Shown piece after piece: positions 22,901-32,823 of a stretch of DNA of 64,000 nt (position 1 is the stretch's first letter; each line of letters begins with the position of its first letter). A program made the translations under genes and the position numbers. Origin of the DNA: Scyliorhinus canicula (lineage: Eukaryota); the NCBI RefSeq assembly GCF_902713615.1, contig NC_052146.1:309954335-310018334 (forward strand). The letters run 5' to 3'. The notes below the pieces were generated by a model. It was not told where the DNA came from. It searched no databases and saw only the letters and a list, made by a program, of their open reading frames with translations.

Positions 22901-24195
22901 TGGTGATCGACACTTTTACCAAGTGGGTAGAGGCATTTCCCTCTCGTACGAACACAGCTAAGACAGCTGCTAAAATTCTGACGCACCACATCTTCACAAG
23001 ATGGGGTTTACCGCGTAGTATTGATTCGGACCAGGGATCTCATTTTACAGGACGTGTCATGAAGAGCGTCCTGACAATATTTGGCATAAAACAAAATTTC
23101 CACATTGCGTATCATCCACAGTCCAGCGGGATTGTGGAGCGCATGAATCGGACCCTAAAAACAACCCTTAGGAAAATGGTACAGGAAAACAATTCGACAT
23201 GGGATTCAGTGCTCCCATTTGCACTCATGTTCATAAGAAACACTGTCTCCACATCCACAGGTTACACACCACACAAACTCATGACCGGACGCCCTATGAA
23301 AGGTACGGAATTCCTTTTAGGACTTGACATGACTAGCCCCGAAGTAACGGCCCTCACACATGAAAGAGCAGTTAAAGACCTAGTTGAGACTGTGAGGTCT
23401 GCACAGCTCGCAGCCGCAGTTCGACTAGGCAAACGACGTCAGCAAAGCACTGCGTGCTTTGACAAGACTGTTCACCCCACAGAATTCCAGGTTGGGCAAC
23501 AGGTAATGTTATCTGTTTACAACCCCAGCAGTTTTTTGGCTCCAAAATTTTCCGGCCCCTACTCAATTGCGGATAAAATTAGCCCCTCTGTGTATAAAAT
23601 CAAATATCCTAACGGGAAGACTGCGTGGTTTCATATTAACCAGCTTAAAGCATATGGAACACAGTCTAACCATGCTCATCATGTACTGCTAGATGCAGCA
23701 GAACACTTCACCCCGCCCACTAGAGACACTTTTCCACCATCCCCCTCACAGACCAGTTCATCAATGGACTCGCCCACGACTCCGCCCACTGACCACGACA
23801 GACCACGCCCCGAAACGCCCACAAGCTGCCGCAGCAGAGACAGCAGGACAGACACTGACTCTGAGGACAGTGACAGCACACAGCCATACAGCCCACACTA
23901 CACCGACTATGACCCCGACTCCAGTGACCCCATGGAAGTCACTTACCTTAAAAACCCAGAACCACCACCCGACCCCGACTACCCCGACAACACACTTGAC
24001 ACAGCACTCTGGCACAGGGACAATTCGTGCAGACATGTCCGCAACGATGAAAGTGACCCCCGGTCACATAATTATAAGATTGCATGCCTGATCCACACAA
24101 GGGTGTGGGATCCGGGAGAGCAGGACGACACGGTGTCTGAATCCCGATACGGCAACCCCTTTGTGACCCTGTTCACAGAGGCAGAGTCAAAGTGA
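19969..24195 (+). CDS. pol: Pro-Pol (protease, RT, tether RH, RNase H, integrase, C-terminal extension), in frame with gag after a single TGA
   Basis: The frame is open from 19969; the ORF track starts only at the Met at 20296. Motifs: LLWDTGGS/ILGIDF (PR); LPQGFHNSP, YVDD at 21019 (RT); RPVAYASR...ERHLLAV (tether); YVDGS...AELAAI...YSDS...GNVKADALA (RNase H); HHCC, QIDFIGP, SDQGSHF, GIVERMN, GPY (IN). Confidence 0.93.
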   Translation, partial: RCSGSPTWVCDTLWDPSGRPVVTAKVKGKPIELLWDTGGSRTTINSTTTAQADTWPTTSTITLSGFTGHSQQGHITAPVAIQLGNISTKHPVVLVNLPRTAEHILGIDFMNAHSLSFDPVNQCVWRMARSDRAPATLKVGEYANRISAVGEYSFDLTTLHTDRQIKALLNKHRTAFASHRHDCGRMTGPIHVTGPDPRPQKQYRFPLEAEAEIEKVIGSLLEQGVLRTVASTNNAPIWPVRKPDGSWRLTIDYRELNKVTPAVAPTIATSPETMLKQGLNSKYFTVLDISNGFWSIPLAKACQYKFAFTFKSQQYTWTCLPQGFHNSPSIFHRQLVSGLEKFSRPECLVQYVDDLLLQTDTKAEHISLLAELLELLTEIGCKVNPRKAQILADKVMYLGTVITHGKREIEFKRIDSIVKLPLPQNVSALRSFLGLVGYCRNHIDGFATKAAPLSDLLKKGAPWEWLPQHTEAVEELKRALSAAPALLVPDPLSPYAIEVASTDLTLSAVLLQERHEQLRPVAYASRLLDPVEQGFSACERHLLAVFWAVQYFSYITGLNPITILTEHTPTQLLLDGRLKDGSVSQIRAARWTLLLQGRDITVKRTRTHTYLADNLQYPGQPHECEIVAPLHNTGPFIAKTPPRKIGNPAQGTPHADTCGPLRIYVDGSSTVLNGERITGCGIYVEDAQGRALEEIALKLPGHLGAQAAELAAIAYIVDHPDSFPSPADIYSDSLYVCNSFTDFLPLWRTRGFVSADGKPLPSAPLLQHILEKAKDRTFGIIKVRSHHRSSPPGNVKADALAKAGSRRGHLWTPPASAPASAPVSAVQVSQTDIKDLVEAQKQDEDLREIFKGNFVPQYDRFKHALTTHEGVIIKDQLYVVPKQDRNQMIALFHDGHGHQGIDATTRHLRQLCWWPNLRTDVTHYIENCLICAQNNPERYSKKAQLRHTRPVNGPWTNLQIDFIGPLPPCRNGYKYVLVVIDTFTKWVEAFPSRTNTAKTAAKILTHHIFTRWGLPRSIDSDQGSHFTGRVMKSVLTIFGIKQNFHIAYHPQSSGIVERMNRTLKTTLRKMVQENNSTWDSVLPFALMFIRNTVSTSTGYTPHKLMTGRPMKGTEFLLGLDMTSPEVTALTHERAVKDLVETVRSAQLAAAVRLGKRRQQSTACFDKTVHPTEFQVGQQVMLSVYNPSSFLAPKFSGPYSIADKISPSVYKIKYPNGKTAWFHINQLKAYGTQSNHAHHVLLDAAEHFTPPTRDTFPPSPSQTSSSMDSPTTPPTDHDRPRPETPTSCRSRDSRTDTDSEDSDSTQPYSPHYTDYDPDSSDPMEVTYLKNPEPPPDPDYPDNTLDTALWHRDNSCRHVRNDESDPRSHNYKIACLIHTRVWDPGEQDDTVSESRYGNPFVTLFTEAESK

Positions 24196-25150
24196 GGTGT
24201 CCAGATGATGTAACATAGGAATCGTTTGAGGGAAGCGATGTCCTTTCTGATGGAACCTGCACGTATGTTTGTCTATCGTTTTATGTTTGTTTGTCTTTCA
24301 GGAATGTAAATGGTTCAGTTGGAGGATGGACATCTTCTTTTCAGCTGAAAAGATTGTGACCACCTCACACACACGTTAGCTTGTCCGCCGATACCTTTGA
24401 GAACTTCAGTTCCCAAACCCGTTTGATTGGAGATCTTTTCAAGTTGTAAGGCTTGTGACCACCTTACACACACAATAGTTTATCTGCAGATACCTGTGAG
24501 AACTTCAGGTTCTGTCCTCAGTTGGAGCATCTTGGCTCCCTTGTTTTTGTTAGGTGCCCCTCTATTCGGCGAATAGAGGCTGCAAGTCACGGTGACCACA
24601 TTCTTACCCGTTTAATCCAGGTTACTCAGGCAGTGGACAAACGGCACTGAGGACCCGCCCTGTCTGAGAACCAACCTTGGTCAGCCAAGCTCGGGTATGG
24701 CACAGCACGCCCTACCCGGGGATCCCATCCAACTCGTACCCGTCGCGGCCCATACGCAACTCATTCGAACGTTTCTTTCAAAATTTGTTTTCATTTTAGT
24801 TAGGTAGCCCTTCGGCCGCCATCCCACATGCTATTTACATCCGGGAACATTCGGATGGTAAACTAGCAAAGCCTGCGAGACGGCTCGCAGGAGAAGGATT
24901 GTTAGGTGTATTCTGGTCTTCAAATTCGCTTTTGAAAAAAAAAAAATGAGGGGAGTCACAGGGTGTGACTTGGCCAGTCATTTTTAAAGGGTCAATTGGA
25001 ATTTAAAAGACAGATGCACTAACAGGTAAAGATCTTAAACTGTGTATTGACAGATACTGTGCTTGATCCCATAGCTTTCGAAGGACGAGACAGGAATCGA
25101 AGCAAGGATTGTCCATACAGGAGGAAGAAAGAAGGAAGAACAAGTTGAAG

Positions 25151-25495
25151 ATGATGGAAGCTCACCTATTACTATTGAATGTTATATTTGTTTGTGTACA
25201 AACCAGCCATGTTTCCCCCACAACCCCCGCCGTTAATGTTTCCCTCACAGCAAGTCCCCCGTGCTCAGCTCTGATCAGCGAGGTTCAGACCTGGTGCACG
25301 AAGTTTATGACATGGTACTCCATGTCATACGTGATCGAATCACTGCTAGTGATTGCGATCATCTGTATCATCATCCAAACCCTCAGGTTGAGGAAGTGGA
25401 AGAGGAGAGCCTCCCGCTCCTGCCCCTCAACCATCTATGGGGTACAATCCCCTATCTTCGGGTTTCACCAATCCCCCCAGCCCCTCACTGATTAA
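25151..25495 (+). CDS. Small type-I membrane protein (114 aa) in the env position
   Basis: MMEAHLLLLNVIFVCV (signal-like), a short Pro/Thr/Cys ectodomain with an NVS sequon, TM SLLVIAIICIIIQTL, basic RLRKWKRR and a short tail. A ccatacag acceptor lies at ~25120. Confidence 0.7.
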   Translation: MMEAHLLLLNVIFVCVQTSHVSPTTPAVNVSLTASPPCSALISEVQTWCTKFMTWYSMSYVIESLLVIAIICIIIQTLRLRKWKRRASRSCPSTIYGVQSPIFGFHQSPQPLTD

Positions 25496-25855
25496 AGCAC
25501 TCTGTAAATAAAATTCTACCATGTATTATATTGTCCTACACTCGACTGCCGAGTTAGGAAGTGTGATGTTGTGGTGTGAATGGTTAAGGTTTTTTAGAGT
25601 GTGATAAATGTTTAAGTTAAGGATAAGGATAGTTTGATAGGTAGAGGTTCCCGGTTTTTGTAATGCATGTCCCTTTGACATAGGGCCAAGTAGAATGTTA
25701 GTTAAATTTTTTTTTCTTCTTCCCATAGTTTAGGATAGAGAAGCCCAGGAACTGGCAAGAGGTCAGGGAACACAGGGAACACACAGAGAAGGCACCCAGA
25801 AGCACTCAGCACGACCTGCATGGGTGATCCTTCACAATTTTCAATTGTGAGGATC

Positions 25856-25867
25856 ACAAGGAGGGAA
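25856..25867 (+). promoter_or_regulatory. Polypurine tract
   Basis: ACAAGGAGGGAA lies immediately before the TG of the 3' LTR. Confidence 0.75.
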
Positions 25868-26831
25868 TGTAGCCACCTAAAATGGACGCTGAGCTGCAAA
25901 GTAAGCCAAGCGCTAAGACTGCAGGGAAAAATGCAGTTTAGCCAAAACAGCAGTCTGCAAAGAGAGCATTTTGCATTCTGCAAGTAGCAGAAACCAGTTT
26001 GGGCTCAGGTGAGAAGACCTTAGTTAGGTGCAAATGGCAAAACGCTTTGCATACTAATGAGGCAATCAGACCTGAACACCCACACAATAGAAACATTTGA
26101 CTCTGAATGGACACATTTGAACCAAGGCCCAGACATCGAGGCACCAGAAACCTCCAAACAAAAGGGCATAAGAAACGCCCCCCCCCCATCACGGAGACCC
26201 CCTCGCATTGGGGAATTCAGACAGTATCGATGAGGAATTGACCCAATAGATAACCAAAGGTTAAAGCCCGCCCCAAAAAGGCACGGACATTGGGATCCCT
26301 ATAAAAGACAGGGACCTCGTGTTGTCCGGTCTGTTTTGTGCTCTGGCTACCTGTGATCCTGAACTTGACTCCTGACTCCAGCCGTTGAGCACCAGCCGCT
26401 GAACCGTGAGTAATACACGACGCTCGCTACGCGAACCAGCTACCGATAGACCCTGACGACCAGCATACCCTCTGAAGGTGCAGCCCCAAGATCAGAAGGA
26501 AGGCCTTGCTCCCTGACCTTGCCGGTTCCCACTTAGTTAAGTATACTGATCGTTTAGTTTAGTCATAGCTTAGTCTCGTAGTGTGTGCATGGGTATTTAT
26601 TATTTGTCATAATAAATACAATTCGTTTAGAACTCACTAATCGGTGTATCGTCTTTATTACTTTGAACCTGACCTTGAAATACTTGTGACGGTGTCTAGA
26701 TACGGCACCTGGCGACTCCGAGCTAGAAGAATACACATACAGAGCCTAGTAGTGTTAAGCACACGACCTTACGGAGGCGTGTTAATACACTCCAATAAAC
26801 GCGTTTTACACCCAAAGTAAAACGTGCAACA
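25868..26831 (+). repeat. 3' LTR (964 bp)
   Basis: Direct repeat of 16933-17894. Confidence 0.95.
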
Positions 26832-27606
26832 AGGTGCAGAGGATTCCGCACATTTGGGGCGGCTCGACGCCGGAGTGGTTCCCGCCACTCCTTCCCGTCA
26901 GGGTTGATTCCCGTCCCGCTGATTCCCGCAGAATCCCGCCCCACTTCTTTCGGGAATTGTGGGAGGAAACCAGAGGACCCGGAGGAAACCCACGCAGACA
27001 CGATGAGAAACATGCAGACTCCGCACTGACAGTGACTCACGCCGGGAATCGAAACTGGGACCCGAGATCAGTGAAGCAACAGTGCCAACCACTGCGCTGC
27101 AGTGCAACCCATTAGCCCCATTTTCCCCTTTAAAATAAATTGTAATTCTTTGAAATTAAATATTCCTGAAATGAAATGAAAATGAAAAGCGCTTATTGTC
27201 ACAAGTAGGCTTCAATGAAGTTACCGTGAAAGCCCCTTCTCGCCACATTCTGGCACCTGTTCGGGGAGGCTGGTACAGGAATTGGACCGTGTTGCTGGCC
27301 TGCCCTGGTCTGCTTTCAAAGCCAGCTATTAAGCCCAGAGTGCTAAACCAGCCTGTGTGTGTTTATCTTGGTGTGTACAAATTGAAAAACTTCAACAATG
27401 AGTCACTTTTCACAAGATTCAATCCTAAACAATAAAGCGACTGATTTTTTATTGACTCACACAAATATATTTTGCTTTATTCAAATGAATCAGCTCTTCG
27501 GTTCAATCTTAGAATCTGGTTCTCTCCTTTTCAAACAGAACATTCTCTTTAAACACTTTGGAACCTTCAGACTGGTGTTTAACTTGTTGATATTTTTCTC
27601 TGAAAG

Positions 27607-27951
27607 GTGCGAATGCTCCAGTCCTTATCCAGTCCCCGAGTCTGGAACGTGTCACAGAGGGTCAGACTGCACGGTTACAGTGCACCATGCGGAACGCCGC
27701 AGTGACACACACCGATGTTCACTGGAACCGGGAGCTGCCAGGGAAAGATAGGGAGAGGGTTTTAACACATGATATAAAGAACAACACACAACGGAGTCCA
27801 GGATTCAATGAGCGTTTTCATCCTTCCCGAGACACGGTCAATAAAACCTTCATCCTGACAATCAGCAACGTGCAGCCCAGTGACACTGCCGTCTATTACT
27901 GCTCCGTGTGGGGATATATCAGTGGGAATGGATCACAGCTGAATGTAACCA
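27607..27951 (+). CDS. V2 exon (VJ-type Ig domain, phase 1/1)
   Basis: ctctgaaag|GT GCG AAT...ACC A|gtaagt. Encodes ANAPVLIQSP...YYCSVWGYISGNGSQLNVT. Confidence 0.9.
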
Positions 27952-28359
27952 GTAAGTACAGTTTCCATGAGTCTCATGTGGTTTTGCTCACAGATGGAAT
28001 CTTCTTGAACTTATCTTCCAGAATATAAATTCTTTGACTCCTTTGTTTACTCAGGTTACTACCAATGTGGTGCCTCGACCTGTTTTGTTTTATATTCATA
28101 CTTTATTGGCAAGGTGCCATCCCTAACTGCCCTGGAGAAGGTGGTGGTGAGCTGCTGCACTCCATGTGGTGTAGGTACTGCTGTTAGGGAGGGAGTTCCA
28201 GGATTGTGACCCAGCGACAGTGAAGGAACGGCGATACATTTTGTTACGACACCCCGGGCCAGTGCATGGGCAATTCCAGCCCCACAGACCCCGGATTCCC
28301 AACATAATTGAATTAACCAGGAACTTGTGTACTTTTCTGAGATCTTTGACCCTTGATGG

Positions 28360-28707
28360 GGGTAGCATGGTGGTTAGCATCAATGCTTCACAGCTCCAGG
28401 GGTCCCAGGTTCGATTCCCGGCTGGGTCACTGTCTGTGTGGAGTCTACACGTCCTCCCCCTGTGTGCGTGGGTTTCCTCCGGGTGCTCCGGTTTCCTCCC
28501 ACAGTCCAAAGATGTGCGGGTTAGGTGGATTGGCCATGCTAAATTGCCCGTAGTGTCCTAATAAAAAAGTAAGGTTAAGGGGGGGGTTGTTGGGTTACGG
28601 GTATAGGGTGGATACGTGGGTTTGAGTAGGGTGATCATGGCTCGGCACAACATTGAGGGCCGAAGGGCCTGTTCTGTGCTGTACTGTTCTATATTCTATG
28701 TTCTATG
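28360..28707 (+). mobile_element. HE1-like SINE inserted only in the V2 repeat unit
   Basis: tRNA head plus a CR1-like (CTATGTT)n tail. The other units read ccttgatg/tctccaatg without interruption. Confidence 0.88.
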
Positions 28708-29577
28708 TCTCCAATGAGTTACAGGCACCAGATTTGAAAGTAAAATATCAGAACTGTTTATTTATGAAAAGAGTAAAAGATGAACATATAATGGAAATAA
28801 TGTAACACTGATCTACTAGTCTAACTATTCCCCAAACACCATCCCACGCTACACCAACATGCACACAAGACAGACACACAGGCGGGAAGGGAAAGGATCG
28901 AAATGATGGGGATTAAACTGGGTGTGAGATATTTGACAAACTTTGCTGCTGAGGTTGAGGTCTTTGTTGACTTTGTTTTTTAATAATCTTTATTGTCACA
29001 GTAAGCTCACATTATCACTGCAATGATGTTACTGTGAAAAGCTCCTCGTCACCACATTCCAGCTCCTGTTCGGGGACACAGAAGGAGAATTCAGAATGTT
29101 CAAATTGTCTGACAACACATCTTTTGGGGCTTGTGGGAGGAAACTGGAGCAGCTACGCAGATGCAGGGAGAATGTACAGACTCAATACAGACAGTGAACC
29201 AAGCCAGGAATCAAACCCAGGACCCGAGAGCAGTGAAACAACAGTGATAACCACTGCAGTGCAGTGCCGCCATTAGCACCATTTTCCCCTGTAGAATAAA
29301 TTGAGATTCTTTGAAATTTAACATTCCTGTTTTTTCTCGATGAGTACATAGCGAAAAACTTCAGCAATGTGTCTCTATTCGACAGGATTCAATCTTAAAC
29401 AACAAAGCAACTGTTTTTTTTATTTACTCACACAAATATATTTTGCTTAATTTGAATGAATCAGCCCATCGGTTCAGTCTTAGAATCTGGTTCACTCTTT
29501 TTAACACCGAACATTCCCTTTCAACACTTTGGAACCTTCAGACTGGTGTTTAACTTGTTGATATTTTTCTTTGAAAG

Positions 29578-29922
29578 GTGCGAATGCTCCAGTCCTTATC
29601 CAGTCCCCGAGTCTGGAACGTGTCACAGAGGGTCAGACTGCACGGTTACAGTGCACCATGCGGAACGCCGCAGTGACACACACCGATGTTCACTGGAACC
29701 GGGAGCTGCCAGGGAAAGATATGGAGAGGGTTTTAACACATGATATAAAGAACAATACACAACGGAGTCCAGGTTTCACTGAGCGCTTTCATCCTTCCCG
29801 AGACACGTCCAATAAAACCTTCATCCTGACAATCAGCAACGTGCAGCCCAATGACACTGCCGTCTATTACTGCTCCGTGTGGGGAGCTATCAGTGGGAAT
29901 GGATCACAGCTGAATGTAACCA
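29578..29922 (+). CDS. V3 exon
   Basis: Same splice signals, 345 nt, open frame; ends ...SVWGAISGNGSQLNVT. Confidence 0.9.
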
Positions 29923-31200
29923 GTAAGTACAGTTTCCATGAGTCTCATGTGGTTTTGCTCACAGATGGAATCTTTTTGAACTTATCTTCCAGAGCTTAAA
30001 TTTTTTGACTCCTTTGTTTACTCAGTTTATTGCCAATGTGGTGCCTCGAGCTGGTTGGTTTTATATTCATACTTTATTGGCAAGGTGCCATCCCTAACTG
30101 CCCTGGAGAAGGTGGTGGTGAGCTGCTGCACTCCATGTGGTGTAGGTACTGCTGTTAGGGAGGGAGTTCCAGGATTGTGACCCAGCGACAGTGAAGGAAC
30201 GGCGATACATTTTGTTACGACACCCTGGGCCAACGCATGGTCAATCCCAGCCCCACAGACCCCGGATTCCCAACGTAATTCAATTAACCAGGAACTTGTG
30301 TACTTTTCTGAGATCTTTGACCCTTGATGTCTCCAATGAGTTACAGGCACGAGGTTTGAAAGTAAAATGTCAGAACTGTTTATTTATGAAAAGAGTAAAA
30401 GATGAACATATAATGGAAGTAATGTAACACTGATCTACTAGTCTAGCTATTCCCCAAACACCGTCCCACGCTACACCCACATGCACACAAGACAGACACA
30501 CAGGCGGGAAGGGAAAGGATCGAAATGATGGGGATTAAACTGGGTGTGAGATATTTGCCAAACTTTGCTGCTGAGGTTCAGGTCTTTTTTGACTTTGTTT
30601 TTTAATAATCTTTATTGTCACAGTAAGCTTACATTATCACTACAATGATGTTACTGTGAAAAGCTCCTCGTCACCATATTCCAGCTCCTGTTCGGGGACA
30701 TAGAGGGAGAATTCAGACTGTTCAAATTACCTAACAACACATGTTTTGGGGCTTGTGGGAGGAAACCGGAGCAGCTACGCAGATGCAGGGAGAATGTACA
30801 GACTCAATACAGACAGTGAACCAAGCCAGGAATCGAACCCAGGACCCGAGAGCAGTGAAACAACAGTGATAACCACTGCAGTGCAGTGCCGCCCATTAGC
30901 ACCATTTTCCCCTGTAGAATAAATTGAGATTCTTTGAAATTTAACATTCCTGTTTTTTCTCGATGAGTACATAGCGAAAAACTTCAGCAATGTGTCTCTA
31001 TTTGACAGGATTCAATCCTAAACAACAAAGCAACTGTTTTTTTTATTTACTCATCCAAATATATTTTGCTTAATTTGAATGAATCAGCCCATTGGTTCAG
31101 TCTTAGAATCTGGTTCTCTCTTTTTAACACCGAACATTCCCTTTCAACACTTTGGAACCTTCAGACTGGTGTTTAACTTGTTGATGTTTTTCTCTGAAAG

Positions 31201-31545
31201 GTGCGAATGCTCCAGTCCTTATCCAGTCTCCGAGTCTGGAACGTGTCACAGAGGGTCAGACTGCACGGTTACAGTGCACCATGCGGAACGCCGCAGTGAC
31301 ACACACCGATGTTCACTGGAACCGGGAGCTGCCAGGGAAAGATATGGAGAGGGTTTTAACACATGATATAAAGAACAACACACAACGGAGTCCGGGTTTC
31401 ACTGAGCGTTTCCATCCTTCCCGAGACACGGCCAATAAAACCTTCATCCTGACAATCAGCAACGTGCAGCCCAGTGACACTGCCGTCTATTACTGCTCCG
31501 TGTGGGGAGATATCAGTGGGAATGGATCACAGCTGAATGTAACCA
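31201..31545 (+). CDS. V4 exon
   Basis: Same splice signals, 345 nt, open frame; ends ...SVWGDISGNGSQLNVT. Confidence 0.9.
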
Positions 31546-32823
31546 GTAAGTACAGTTTCCATGAGTCTCATGTGGTTTTGCTCACAGATGGAATCTTCTT
31601 GAACTTATCTTCCAGAGCTTAAATTCTTTGACTCCTTTGTTTACTCAGGTTATTGCCAATGTGGTGCCCCGAGCTGGTTGGTTATATGTTCATGCTTTAT
31701 TGGCAAGGTGCCATCCCTAACTGCCCTGGAGAAGGTGGTGGTGAGCTGCTGCACTCCATGTGGTGTAGGTACTGCTGTTAGGGAGGGAGTTCCAGGATCG
31801 TGACCCAGCAACAGTGAAGGAATGGCGATGCATTTTGTTACGACACCCTGGGCCAGTGCATGGTCAGTTCCAGCCCCACAGACCCCGGATTCCCAACATA
31901 ATTGAATTAACCAGAAACTTGTGTACTTTTCTGAGATCTTTGACCCTTGATGTCTCCAATGAGTGACAGGCACCAGATTTGAAAGTAAAATATCAGAACT
32001 GTTTATTTATGAAAAGAGTAAAAGATGAACATATAATGGAAATAATGTAACACTGATCTACTAGTCTAACTATTCCCCAAACACCATCCCACGCTCCACC
32101 CACATGCACAAAAGACAGACACACAGGCGGGAAGGGAAAGGATCGAAATGATGGGGATTAAACTGGGTGTGAGATATTTGACAAACTTTGCTGCTGAGGT
32201 TGAGGTCTTTGTTGACTTTGTTTTTTAATAATCTTTATTGTCACAGTAAGCTTACATTATCACTGCAATGATGTTACTGTGAAAAGCTCTCGTCACCACA
32301 TTCCAGCTCCTGTTCAGGGACACAGAAGGAGAATTCAGAATGTTCAAATTATCTAACAACACATCTTTTGGGGCTTGTGGTAGGAAACTGGAGCAGCTAC
32401 GCAGATGCAGGGAGAATGTACAGACTCAATACAGACAGTGAACCAAGCCAGGAATCAAACCCAGGACCCGAGAGCAGTGAAACAACAGTGATAACCACTG
32501 CAGTGCAGTGCCGCCATTAGCACCATTTTCCCCTGTAGAATAAATTGAGATTCTTTGAAATTTAACATTCCTGTCTTTTTCTCGATGAGTACATAGCGAA
32601 AAACTTCAGCAATGTGTCTCTATTTGACAGGATTCAATCCTAAAAAACAAAGCAACTGTTTTTTTTTATTTACTCACACAAATATATTTTGCTTAATTTT
32701 AATGAGTCAGCCCATCGGTTCAGTCTAAGAATCTGGTTCTCTCTTTTTAACATCGAACATTCCCTTTCAACACTTTGGAACCTTCAGACTGGTGTTTAAC
32801 TTGTTGATATTTTTCTCTGAAAG

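Larger units (their letters stand above)
16933..26831 (+). mobile_element. Intact env-less retrovirus-like LTR provirus (9.9 kb)
   Basis: Two TG...CA LTRs, a 4-bp TSD AGGT (16929-16932, 26832-26835), a PBS-like TGG, gag, pro-pol and a PPT. Confidence 0.95.
16507..26941. mobile_element. Harbinger-type MITE (16507-16932 plus 26832-26941) split by the provirus, itself inside a SINE
   Basis: Terminal inverted repeats GGGCAGGATTC / GAATCCCGCCC (10/11 match) and a 3-bp TSD CAC. SINE halves lie at ~16370-16506 and 26942-27107. Confidence 0.65.

Noticed and set aside
24647-24700. CTGAGGA as a hammerhead core in the provirus spacer
   Set aside because: No stem II closed by GAAA follows.
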